DNA of 46,348 nucleotides from Rickettsiales bacterium (GTDB lineage Bacteria; Pseudomonadota; Alphaproteobacteria; Rickettsiales; UBA1997): NCBI GenBank assembly GCA_031289855.1, contig JAITOR010000026.1, positions 1 to 46,348 of the forward strand, read 5' to 3'. Shown piece by piece: positions 9,296 to 17,524 of this stretch (position 1 is its first letter; each line of letters starts with the position of its first letter). The notes under the pieces were generated by a model. It saw only the letters and a program-made list of their open reading frames with translations, ran no database searches and was not told where the DNA came from. The position numbers and the translations under genes were made by a program.

Positions 9296-10638
9296 ATGGT
9301 TATAATTTCCAATTTATATTTTTCTTTTTTAAATTGTTTTATATTTTGAATACCTTCCGGTACAATTGCTTTTTTAAAACCTAATTTTTCAGCCTCCTTT
9401 AATCTACTTTCAACTTGTGAAATCATGCGAATTTCACCTGATAATCCAATTTCCCCCACCACCAGTATATCTTTTTTTACAGGTTTGTCTTGAAAGGCCG
9501 AAATCAATGCCAATGCAATGGCTAAATCTGCTGCAGGCTCGTTAATTTTTAAGCCTCCCACCACATTCAAATACACTTCTTTATCGTAAATTTTTAATCC
9601 ATAACGGGATGTAAGCACTGCAATTATCATAGACAATCTGTTAAAATCGTAACCCGTTGCTGTTCTATGCGGAACTGGTATATAGGAGGGTGTTATTAAG
9701 GCCTGTATTTCGGCAAAAAGTGGTCTTGTACCTTCAATGCCACCAAACACAACACTCCCACTAATTAAATCTTGTCGTGATGATAAAAATAATTCACTGG
9801 GATTAGTAATTTCAATCAATCCACTATCACTCATATCAAAAATACCAACCTCATTTGCTGCCCCAAATCTATTTTTAATACTTCGTATAATTCTAAATTG
9901 ATAATCTTTATCACCTTCAAAATAAAGCACCGTATCCACTAAATGTTCCAATACTTTTGGACCAGCAATTTGTCCATCTTTATTCACATGAGACACGATA
10001 AGCATTGTAATATTTCGATTTTTAGCAAGTGTTACCAACTCATTTGCACAAGTTCTTACCTGCGATATAGAACCTGGAGATGCAGAAATATCAGGTGTAA
10101 ATATGGTTTGTATGGAATCAATCACAACCACACTTGGATTTTCCTTTTCAATACTCTTTAAAATATCAATAACTGATGTGGCGGAGGCTAATTTAACAGG
10201 ACTTTTTTTAAGTCCAAGTCTATCAGCCCTTATTCTAACTTGATTTGTGCTTTCTTCACCAGAAATATACATGCATGCAACACCTTTACTCGCTAAAGAA
10301 CAGATTGCTTGCAATAAAAGAGTTGATTTTCCAATGCCTGGATCACCACCAATTAGCACAGCGGAGCCTTTTACCAATCCTCCGCCCAATACTCTGTCTA
10401 ATTCACTGATACCAATTATTATTCGTGGAGTATCTTTAATTTCGCTATCAAGGGTTTCGAAAGATATAATTTTACCATCAGATTTATTAACTTTTCCCGT
10501 GGCCTCATTGTGTGTTATTAGACCACCTTCTTCTTTTTCTTCCGTGACACTATTCCATGCTCCACAATCAGGACATTGCCCAGCCCATTTTTTAAGAGTA
10601 GATCCACATTGAGAGCAGATAAAAACAGATTTAGACAT
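9259..10638 (-). CDS. radA: DNA repair protein RadA/Sms
   Basis: It has an N-terminal zinc finger CSQCGSTLKKWAGQCPDCGAWNS, Walker A GGDPGIGKSTLLLQ, the KNRFG motif (IKNRFGAANE) and a Lon-like C-terminal domain. Confidence 0.97.
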   Translation of the reverse strand: MSKSVFICSQCGSTLKKWAGQCPDCGAWNSVTEEKEEGGLITHNEATGKVNKSDGKIISFETLDSEIKDTPRIIIGISELDRVLGGGLVKGSAVLIGGDPGIGKSTLLLQAICSLASKGVACMYISGEESTNQVRIRADRLGLKKSPVKLASATSVIDILKSIEKENPSVVVIDSIQTIFTPDISASPGSISQVRTCANELVTLAKNRNITMLIVSHVNKDGQIAGPKVLEHLVDTVLYFEGDKDYQFRIIRSIKNRFGAANEVGIFDMSDSGLIEITNPSELFLSSRQDLISGSVVFGGIEGTRPLFAEIQALITPSYIPVPHRTATGYDFNRLSMIIAVLTSRYGLKIYDKEVYLNVVGGLKINEPAADLAIALALISAFQDKPVKKDILVVGEIGLSGEIRMISQVESRLKEAEKLGFKKAIVPEGIQNIKQFKKEKYKLEIITIKHIRDVGKIFS

Positions 10639-10780
10639 TATTTTACCTCCAATCCTATTTTATTTAATGGATATATAGTTAAAATAACAACTATAATCGA
10701 CACTCATTATATATTCAAATTATACACTATGTTTTTATTTTGGCAAGTACCTTTTTAAAATAAATTTATTTTTTTAGTAC

Positions 10781-10808
10781 TTGACAAAACTCTTATATGC
10801 AATATACT
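10781..10808 (+). promoter_or_regulatory. Sigma70-type promoter for the coaC-like gene
   Basis: TTGACA (10781-10786), a 16-nt spacer, then TATACT (10803-10808). An AGGAGA Shine-Dalgarno lies 8 nt before the ATG at 10829. Confidence 0.6.
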
Positions 10809-10828
10809 CAATATAGGAGATACTTAAA

Positions 10829-11368
10829 ATGGCAAATAAAAATATTTTAGTAGGAGTTTGTGGAGGTGTTGCCATATACAAAACATTATCATTAATTAGG
10901 TTGTTAAAAAAAAACGATTATGATATACAAGTTATAATGACGGAAAATGCAACAAAACTTATTAACCCTCAATTATTTTCAAGTATTTCGGGAAATTTTG
11001 TGAGGACAAAAACTTTTGATGATACAACTAATAAAATAGTGCACATAGATTTATCCAGATGGGCGGATTTAATAGTTGTGGTGCCAGCAACAGCAAATAT
11101 AATTGGAAAACTTGCCAATGGAATTGCCGATGATTTACTTTCAACTATGTTGATGGGTAGTAATAAACAAATCATGATTGCCCCTGCAATGAATACGGAA
11201 ATGTATAATAGTTTGGCCTTTCAAAGAAATTTAAAGCAAATAAAATCTGATGGAGTGATTGTGATTGATTCATGTGATGGAAGTTTGGCATGTGGTGAAA
11301 GTGGAAAAGGAAGAATGGAGGAGCCTGAAAATATATTTGGTAAAATAGACAAATATTTCCACAAATAA
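10829..11368 (+). CDS. coaC: HFCD-family flavoprotein, standalone phosphopantothenoylcysteine decarboxylase-like (CoaC domain only)
   Basis: ILVGVCGGVAIYK, VVPATANIIGKLANGIADDLL, APAMNTEMY and ACGESGKGRMEEP match the CoaC half of CoaBC. At 179 aa there is no CoaB domain. Confidence 0.75.
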   Translation: MANKNILVGVCGGVAIYKTLSLIRLLKKNDYDIQVIMTENATKLINPQLFSSISGNFVRTKTFDDTTNKIVHIDLSRWADLIVVVPATANIIGKLANGIADDLLSTMLMGSNKQIMIAPAMNTEMYNSLAFQRNLKQIKSDGVIVIDSCDGSLACGESGKGRMEEPENIFGKIDKYFHK

Positions 11369-11369
11369 C

Positions 11370-12779
11370 TTATTTGCCATCTATCAATCCATCAACCAAC
11401 TCTTTTATGGTCGGTATATATCCATTTTTATACATAGCATCTTTTTTGAACCTATAAACCATACTACCAGCAAAAAATAATGCCTTGTGATTTTCCGTAC
11501 CTGCATGTGCAAATTGTAGAGCCTTTTGAATACAGAATGTTCTTGGATCTGGTATTGCCCCACATGTATAGTTTTGTTCTGGAAAATATTGACTCCAAGT
11601 ACTAAAATTACAACAACTTAAACAACCTACACAATTTTTTGTATCTTCCCTAATTTCGCTTACATCATCCTCACTAATAAAAATCAATGTTTTACCGGGA
11701 GTTTTAACCGCTTCTGTCCAACCACTCTTTATCCATTTTTCCACATCATTTCTTTGTTTTTTCTCTATATAATACTTCTTTTGAGATTTGCCACATGAAA
11801 TTTCTGTATCAAAAACATCATCCATTGCATCACTATATTTAATTTCCCTATCTAATCTTGCAAACATTCTTTGCAAAAGTTCGCTATTCATGGCAGAAGA
11901 CCAAAAACCAGTGGGACTAAAATGATTGGTCTTCACATCATCCACATCAGCATTTAAAAATAATTGTTTCCAATAATCACTAATTGGACTTTCCTGCGTT
12001 ACCATTGGCCGTGTACCAAATTGAAATGCAATTTTTCCAACCTTTTCGTCCCCTAACCAACTTTCAAATTCTTCAATATTCCATACACCACCAGCCACAA
12101 TAATTGGAGTTCCTTGTAAACCAACTTCATTCATAAACTTTCTCAATTCCACAACTCTCTCATATTGATTTTGCGGTTCAAATGGATCTTCAGCATTTGT
12201 TAAACCATTATGTCCACCAGCTCGCCACGGACATTCATAAACCACACCCCCTAACCACTCTTTTGTTTTTTGATAACTTCGTAACCATAGTATTTTAAAG
12301 GCTCGCATTGATGATACGATTGGATAATAATAGGTTTTGTATTTAGCACAAATTTCTGCCATCTTATAGGGCATTCCTGCGCCACAAACTATGCCATTTA
12401 TCAAGCCTTTTACTTTATCCAATGTGTTTTCTAAAATGTATTCTGTACCACCCATCTCCCAAAGCACATTCATATGTATTCTACCTTTTCCGCCACTAAT
12501 ATCCGTTGCTCTTTTCGCTTGTGAAATTATCGCTTTAATCGAATGTTCTATCATTTCCCTATGTCTATCAATCCTACTTTTACTTAATACATTCAATGGA
12601 ATTCTATTGCCATTATCATCGATAATATCAGGATTAACACCGCTTATTGTGCCAACAGCTCCACATCTCGCAAATGCTCCCGCTGTGGTAAAATCACTTA
12701 CACCAATACCCTTGCCACCCTCCACAATTGGCAAACAATCAGCACCAGAAAGTATAATATTTTTTAAATTCTTTAACAA
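11370..12779 (-). CDS. Nitronate monooxygenase / NPD-family FMN oxidoreductase-like protein with a Cys-rich C-terminal region
   Basis: It has TIM-barrel NMO-like motifs (PIVEGGKGIGVS, GIVCGAGMP, PIIVAGGVW) and a cluster CVGCLSCCNF...C near the C-terminus. It uses a TTG start preceded by AAGG. Confidence 0.55.
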   Translation of the reverse strand: MLKNLKNIILSGADCLPIVEGGKGIGVSDFTTAGAFARCGAVGTISGVNPDIIDDNGNRIPLNVLSKSRIDRHREMIEHSIKAIISQAKRATDISGGKGRIHMNVLWEMGGTEYILENTLDKVKGLINGIVCGAGMPYKMAEICAKYKTYYYPIVSSMRAFKILWLRSYQKTKEWLGGVVYECPWRAGGHNGLTNAEDPFEPQNQYERVVELRKFMNEVGLQGTPIIVAGGVWNIEEFESWLGDEKVGKIAFQFGTRPMVTQESPISDYWKQLFLNADVDDVKTNHFSPTGFWSSAMNSELLQRMFARLDREIKYSDAMDDVFDTEISCGKSQKKYYIEKKQRNDVEKWIKSGWTEAVKTPGKTLIFISEDDVSEIREDTKNCVGCLSCCNFSTWSQYFPEQNYTCGAIPDPRTFCIQKALQFAHAGTENHKALFFAGSMVYRFKKDAMYKNGYIPTIKELVDGLIDGK

Positions 12780-12799
12780 ATTACCTTAACTTTTTTTGT

Positions 12800-12828
12800 A
12801 ATATAAACTAAAAAATTATATAAGTCAA
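12800..12828 (-). promoter_or_regulatory. Sigma70-type promoter for the NMO-like gene, divergent from the cas9 promoter
   Basis: On the minus strand: TTGACT (12828-12823), a 17-nt spacer, then TATATT (12805-12800). Confidence 0.55.
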
Positions 12829-12869
12829 ATTTTAAATTAAGTATTAACAATTTATAAATAAAATTAAAT

Positions 12870-12898
12870 TTGACTTTAAAGGGGGGGGGGGGTAATAT
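12870..12898 (+). promoter_or_regulatory. Predicted cas9 promoter with a G12 homopolymer in the -35/-10 spacer
   Basis: TTGACT (12870-12875), a 17-nt spacer made of ttaaa plus G12 (12881-12892), then TAATAT (12893-12898). It lies about 23 nt upstream of the cas9 ATG. Confidence 0.6.
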
Positions 12899-12920
12899 CG
12901 TGGTTATTAAATTTAAATTT

Positions 12921-15900
12921 ATGAATATGGAAAATAATTATATATTAGGACTGGATTTGGGAGAAACATCGCTTGGTGTGGCTATTTTAGAAACAGAAAA
13001 CGGAAAGCCAATAAAAGTTGAGGCAATGGGAGTTCGTATATTTCCTGACGGCAGAAAAGATAAAGAACCTTTGAATGTTAAAAGAAGGGATGCAAGGGGT
13101 ATTAGGCGAAACAATCAAAGGACAAAACAACGAAAAGAAAAATTGAAGAATTTTTTAAAAAGAATAAATTTTGAAGTTAAAAATTTTGACGAAAATCCTT
13201 ATATTTTAAGAGCCAAAGCAATTAAAGAAAAATTGGAAAGGTATGAATTGGCGAAAGTTTTGATGCATTTGAACCAAAGGCGTGGTTTTAAAAGCAACAG
13301 AAAGGATTTGAAAAAAGCAGAATCAAATGGCAATATGAAAATTGCTTTGAACAAAACAAAAGAAATGATTGCCGAATCTGGTAAAGAAACCATAGGTGAA
13401 TGGTTGTGTGGCAAAGACCAACAAAGAGTTAAAGTAAGACAGAATGGGAGTAAAAATGAATATGATTTTTTTCCAAGCAGAGAATTGTATGAAGAAGAGA
13501 CTAAAAAAATTATAGAAAAACAAAGTGAATTTTATCCGGAATTAAATACACCAGTAAAATACAGAAAGTATGATTTTTCATCTAAAGAGCATAAAAATGT
13601 GGAAGAAACTCCAGCAGAAATCATTGCTTACATAATTTTTGAACAACGAGATTTGAAGGAACAAGAAGTTGGTAAATGTATTTTTGAAGAAGAGGAACAT
13701 AGAATTGCAAAGGCCATGCCATCATTTCAAAAATTTAGAATTCTACAGGAAGTAAATAATTTAAAGATAAAAGGCGCTGATGCTTCTTTGACCCTGGATG
13801 AAAAACAAAAAATTATAGATTTATTGAATAAGCAGAAAAAAGTTACTTTCGATTCCATAAGAAAAGAACTTAATATTAAGAAATACTTTAACTTAGAAAG
13901 TGAAAGAAGAAAAGATTTGGAGGGCAATATAACTGCTTGTGAGATGAGAAAGTATATAACAAATTGGGATGATTTGAATTTAGATACTCAAAATGAATAT
14001 GTTAATGCCCTTTTGAAATTAAAAACCGATGAAGAAATAGAAGAATTTTTTAAAGATAAAGAGGTGAATAATTTTAAAGATAAAGAGGTGAATAAATCTA
14101 TTGTGGACATTGATTTACCTGATGATTATGGAAATTTAAGTCTAAAAGCAATAAATAAAATTTTGCCATTTTTAGAAGACGGTCTTATTTACAATATAGC
14201 CTGTGATGGAGCAGGTTACAAATTTGCAAACATAGAAATTGAAAAAAAGCAAAACAAACTACCATATTATGGAGAAATTTTAAGTAAAAGTTGCATTCAG
14301 GCATCACAGGATAACGATAAAAAATATGGAAAAATTACAAATGTAACTGTTCATAAGGGTTTAAATCAAATACGACAATGTGTGAATGATATTATTGCCA
14401 AATATGGAATACCAGGGTCAATTCATGTTGAGGTGGCAAGAACTTTAAAAATGACTAAAGAGCAAAAAAAGAAATTAGATAAAAAACAAGCAGAGGAACA
14501 AAAAATCAATGAGGCAATTATAGAAACGTTGAAAGAATCTGGCATAATAATAGACAAGAATGATAAATCTCATTCTTATTATTCGATTGAAAAATTCAAA
14601 ATATGGGAAAAATTAAATACCGATCCAAAATCAAGAAAATGTCCCTATTGTGGAAAACCAATAGGTATCACCGATTTAATCAGCCCTGAATTCGAAATAG
14701 AACATATTTTACCATTTTCAAGAACCTATGACAACAGCATAAAAAATAAAGTAATTTCTTGCAAAGCCTGCAATAATTTTAAGGGAGAAAGAACACCTTA
14801 TGAGGCCTTTGGAAACAGAGAAAATTATGAAGAAATTTTAAATAGAGCAAAAGAAATAGGTAAATATTTTTCGAAAAAAAATTGTGAAGAATATAGCCCA
14901 TATTTGTGGCGTTTTGAAGAACATGCCATGAAAAAATGGTCTGATGACAATAAAGTTATGGATAGAATGTTGAAGGACACTCAATATTTTTCAGTGGCCA
15001 CCAGAGAATATTTGACCTCTATATTACCAAGTGAAAAAATCATTGTTAACCCTGGACGAATGACCGCCATGTTAAGACATCATTGGGGTCTCAATAGTAT
15101 AATCAATGAGGAAGACAAAAAGGATAGAACCGACCATAGACATCATGCGATAGATGCCTGTGTGGTTGCTTGCATTAACAGAAGCAATATCAAAGAAATA
15201 GCAACCATGAGTGGTAAAAATTATTTCATGAAAGAGGATTTGGAAAAAACAAAAGCAAAAAATGAACCTTTTCCAAATTTTAGAAAAAATGTGGAAAATG
15301 CAGTTGATAATATAATTATTTCCTACAAACCTACCCATAAAAAAATTGAAAAAGGTAAAAGCACAGGTAAATTGCATAATGATACTTTTTATGGAAAGGT
15401 AAAAGACAAGGAAAATACGTATGTAGTCAGGAAAAATATAAGTTATTTTGTTGGAGAAGATTTTGAAAAAAGAGTTGATAAAATTGTGGATGAGAAGATA
15501 AAAGAAGAATTGAAAAAACTTGGTGAAAATAAGATAAAAGAAGAATTGAAGAAAAAAGGTTGTGTTGAGTTGACATGGGACAATAAAAAAAAGAATTGTT
15601 CAGTTAAAATAAACACATTAAGGTGGGTTTACGAAATCTCAAATAATATGGTCAAAATTGCTGATTATGAAAAATATGCAAAGCCGGATGGTAATTATTG
15701 TGCCTATATTTATGAAAATGGTGAAAAATATGGGATGGAAATTCCTACAATTTTTGAAGTTCACAAAAAAGATTATGAACCACAATTTAAAAAAGATGGC
15801 AAAAAATTTGTAATGCAATTATTTATTAATGATATGGTGGAAGTGGATGCTTCCATACAAAATAGCGTAAAAGAAGAAAAGAAAAAGAATTTAGATAAAT

Positions 15901-16088
15901 ACGTTAAAAACGGAAAAGTAATTTGCAGGGTTAAAAGAATGTCAGGCAATACAATTCATTTGAGACCACATCTTGTGGCAAAGGAAACTGCTGATACTTT
16001 ATCTTATGGAGTTGTTGCATCTAATTTTAAAAAATGCAATATAAAAAAAATTAGCGTTAACATATTGGGTGAGATAAAATATTTATAG
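12921..16088 (+). CDS. cas9: Cas9, compact type II-C-like (about 1055 aa), with all nuclease motifs intact
   Basis: The motifs are RuvC-I ILGLDLGETSLGVA, an Arg-rich bridge helix RRDARGIRRNNQRTKQRK, RuvC-II IHVEVAR, HNH EIEHILPFSRTYDNSIKNKVISCKACNNFKGERTP and RuvC-III DHRHHAIDACVVA. I chose the ATG at 12921 so that RuvC-I sits 7 aa from the N-terminus. The longer TTG ORF would translate the G12 tract. Confidence 0.93.
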   Translation: MNMENNYILGLDLGETSLGVAILETENGKPIKVEAMGVRIFPDGRKDKEPLNVKRRDARGIRRNNQRTKQRKEKLKNFLKRINFEVKNFDENPYILRAKAIKEKLERYELAKVLMHLNQRRGFKSNRKDLKKAESNGNMKIALNKTKEMIAESGKETIGEWLCGKDQQRVKVRQNGSKNEYDFFPSRELYEEETKKIIEKQSEFYPELNTPVKYRKYDFSSKEHKNVEETPAEIIAYIIFEQRDLKEQEVGKCIFEEEEHRIAKAMPSFQKFRILQEVNNLKIKGADASLTLDEKQKIIDLLNKQKKVTFDSIRKELNIKKYFNLESERRKDLEGNITACEMRKYITNWDDLNLDTQNEYVNALLKLKTDEEIEEFFKDKEVNNFKDKEVNKSIVDIDLPDDYGNLSLKAINKILPFLEDGLIYNIACDGAGYKFANIEIEKKQNKLPYYGEILSKSCIQASQDNDKKYGKITNVTVHKGLNQIRQCVNDIIAKYGIPGSIHVEVARTLKMTKEQKKKLDKKQAEEQKINEAIIETLKESGIIIDKNDKSHSYYSIEKFKIWEKLNTDPKSRKCPYCGKPIGITDLISPEFEIEHILPFSRTYDNSIKNKVISCKACNNFKGERTPYEAFGNRENYEEILNRAKEIGKYFSKKNCEEYSPYLWRFEEHAMKKWSDDNKVMDRMLKDTQYFSVATREYLTSILPSEKIIVNPGRMTAMLRHHWGLNSIINEEDKKDRTDHRHHAIDACVVACINRSNIKEIATMSGKNYFMKEDLEKTKAKNEPFPNFRKNVENAVDNIIISYKPTHKKIEKGKSTGKLHNDTFYGKVKDKENTYVVRKNISYFVGEDFEKRVDKIVDEKIKEELKKLGENKIKEELKKKGCVELTWDNKKKNCSVKINTLRWVYEISNNMVKIADYEKYAKPDGNYCAYIYENGEKYGMEIPTIFEVHKKDYEPQFKKDGKKFVMQLFINDMVEVDASIQNSVKEEKKKNLDKYVKNGKVICRVKRMSGNTIHLRPHLVAKETADTLSYGVVASNFKKCNIKKISVNILGEIKYL

Positions 16089-16466
16089 ATGAGTGTTTTA
16101 AATAAATATAAAGTTATGTGGCTTTTTGTGATGTATGATTTGCCCACCACTGAAGAGGAAGATAGGAGATCTGCTTCAAAATTTAGGGCAAAATTGATAG
16201 ACATTGGTTTTGAAATGTCTAATTTTTCCGTCTATTGTAGATGGTTTGCCACGAAGGAAAAGGCCATGCCATACATTGAAAAAATTAAGGAATCCGTGCC
16301 AGAAAATGGTGGAACAGTTAGTATTTTATCAATAACGGACAAGCAATTTGAAAATATAATAAATATATCAAAACCTTCAAAAAAGGAAAGAAAAGAAAAA
16401 ACAAGAGAAATTAGCAAAAGAAAACATCCAGTAATGCAACAGCCAGATTTATTTTCCTTTTTATAA
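16089..16466 (+). CDS. cas2: Cas2 (type II style) with a roughly 30-aa basic C-terminal extension
   Basis: MWLFVMYDLPT...FRAKLIDIGFEMSNFSVYCRW...VSILSITDKQFENI matches the Cas2 ferredoxin-like core. The ATG directly abuts the cas9 stop (TAGATG). The tail reads KPSKKERKEKTREISKRKHPVMQQPDLFSFL. Confidence 0.85.
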   Translation: MSVLNKYKVMWLFVMYDLPTTEEEDRRSASKFRAKLIDIGFEMSNFSVYCRWFATKEKAMPYIEKIKESVPENGGTVSILSITDKQFENIINISKPSKKERKEKTREISKRKHPVMQQPDLFSFL

Positions 16467-17342
16467 CTTCCTTATAAATTCCAAATCATTTCTATTGCCC
16501 AGTAGAAATTGTGCCAATGAACTCACAAAATTTTGTATACAAAACCTATATTCTGTTAACCCCAAACTTCCCCTTACGTTTTCCTCAAAAACACCAATTA
16601 ATTCTTTTTTTGTCTCCACATCCAATTCCGTTCGTCCCATCATCCATAAATTATATACCTTTAGGTCGAGAATTGGTCTAAAGGGCTCCATCAAATCATC
16701 AGCAAGCCTATAGGCATTATAGGGGTGTTTATGAAAAAGACCCAAAGCACAATGTAATCCACTGCCAACTATACATCTTGCCACAATGCTTCGCAAAACG
16801 GCATAACCATAATTTAATAAGGCATTTATACCATCCATTTCTGTATCACGCCTAAAATCATTTCCAAAAAGTGTTTTCCAATATTTTCTTGCACCCTCCG
16901 CCTCTTTATTTGTGGTGTCACCACTCAAAACTCGTTTCGAACATTCCACCAACATTAAATATTCCTTATTTAAAGTTTTTAAAACCTCAGCCTGCATCAG
17001 TAATTTGTGTTTTGTTATTTTTTGCCATAATAAATTTTTAGTGGTTTGTTTCATTTGTATTTGTAATTCAAATATTTTTGCCTGTTCATGATTTGTGGCC
17101 ATTGGTGTCAAAATTGCAATTGGAATATATTTTTCGTCACACAACACAACGGGAATATTGTTTTCAGCCAACCGGACCAATAGAGTATTGCTATAAATAA
17201 CATTATACCCACTAATAATAATCACATCTAAATTGTCAATGACGAATTTTCCAATTGGTTTATTATCCTCACTAACCACGAAAAAACCATCCTGTAATGA
17301 CAAATATTTATTTTTTGAAATTTCAACAATTTGATTTGCCAT
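16461..17342 (-). CDS. cas1: Cas1 integrase (type II style), on the strand opposite cas9-cas2
   Basis: 293 aa with NKEAEGARKYWKTLF, DGINALLNYGYAVL, GLFHKHPYNAYRLADDLMEPFRP (the conserved Cas1 E/H/D region). Its stop codon overlaps the last cas2 codons within TTATAA. Confidence 0.9.
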   Translation of the reverse strand: MANQIVEISKNKYLSLQDGFFVVSEDNKPIGKFVIDNLDVIIISGYNVIYSNTLLVRLAENNIPVVLCDEKYIPIAILTPMATNHEQAKIFELQIQMKQTTKNLLWQKITKHKLLMQAEVLKTLNKEYLMLVECSKRVLSGDTTNKEAEGARKYWKTLFGNDFRRDTEMDGINALLNYGYAVLRSIVARCIVGSGLHCALGLFHKHPYNAYRLADDLMEPFRPILDLKVYNLWMMGRTELDVETKKELIGVFEENVRGSLGLTEYRFCIQNFVSSLAQFLLGNRNDLEFIRKL

Positions 17343-17399
17343 AACATTTTTTATTTTTTCAAAATTATTTTGAGATTTTTAATCATTTTTTAAAAACCA

Positions 17400-17437
17400 A
17401 TTTTGCCATTTAAGGCATAAAAAAAAGACTCTAAAAC
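17400..17437 (-). repeat. Repeat-like element V' at the 5' end of the predicted cas1 transcript
   Basis: The minus strand reads GTTTTAGAGTCTTTTTTTTATGCCTTAAATGGCAAAAT. It has the GTTTTAG... start and ...TGGCAAAAT end (an extended -10-like motif) typical of type II-C repeats. It is a diverged relative of X' (17607-17648). Confidence 0.45.
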
Positions 17438-17445
17438 CATTTTCT

Positions 17446-17473
17446 ATTATTACAGATTAGATTTTAAAGTCAA
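17446..17473 (-). promoter_or_regulatory. Promoter cassette copy Z', driving V' and cas1
   Basis: On the minus strand: AAATTTGACTTTAAAATCTAATCTGTAATAAT, with TTGACT at 17473-17468 and TAATAAT at 17452-17446. The first 15 nt are identical to the cas9 promoter at 12866-12880. Confidence 0.55.
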
Positions 17474-17484
17474 ATTTTTCTTTT

Positions 17485-17524
17485 AAAAAAAGTTTATTAC
17501 TTTTACTGATTAGAAAAGTATAAA
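17485..17524 (-). terminator. Rho-independent terminator of the tracr-like RNA
   Basis: On the minus strand the stem is TACTTTT / AAAAGTA (7 bp, plus 4 bp after a 1-nt bulge) with a 9-nt loop, followed by C and T7 (17491-17485). Confidence 0.6.

Noticed and set aside
12815-12880. An inverted repeat AAGTCAAATTT ... AAATTTGACTT upstream of cas9. It could be read as a hairpin, an operator, or a terminal inverted repeat of a mobile cas cassette when paired with the copies at 17464-17478 and 17714-17727.
   Set aside because: Each arm is the -35 box (TTGACT) of a well-spaced promoter: NMO gene on the minus strand, cas9 on the plus strand. The arrangement is therefore explained by divergent promoters. 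There are no transposase, integrase or target-site duplications to support a mobile cassette.
12870-12920. A longer cas9 ORF starting at TTG 12870 (MTLKGGGGNIVVIKFKF...), which would put the G12 tract inside the coding sequence and make it a translational frameshift switch.
   Set aside because: The extension has no similarity to Cas9 N-termini. The RuvC-I motif normally sits within about 10 aa of the start, which fits the ATG at 12921. The TTG is itself the -35 hexamer. I kept it only as an alternative in the promoter finding.
12921-12940. A 9-nt match (ATGGAAAAT) between the cas9 start-codon region and the complement of the spacer-like segment at 17653-17661. This hints at tracr-L-style self-targeting of cas9.
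   Set aside because: The match does not include the repeat-proximal seed (…CCATTCTT). It is short enough to occur by chance in AT-rich DNA, and I found no better match by eye near any of the three promoters. It needs a computational search with a PAM model.
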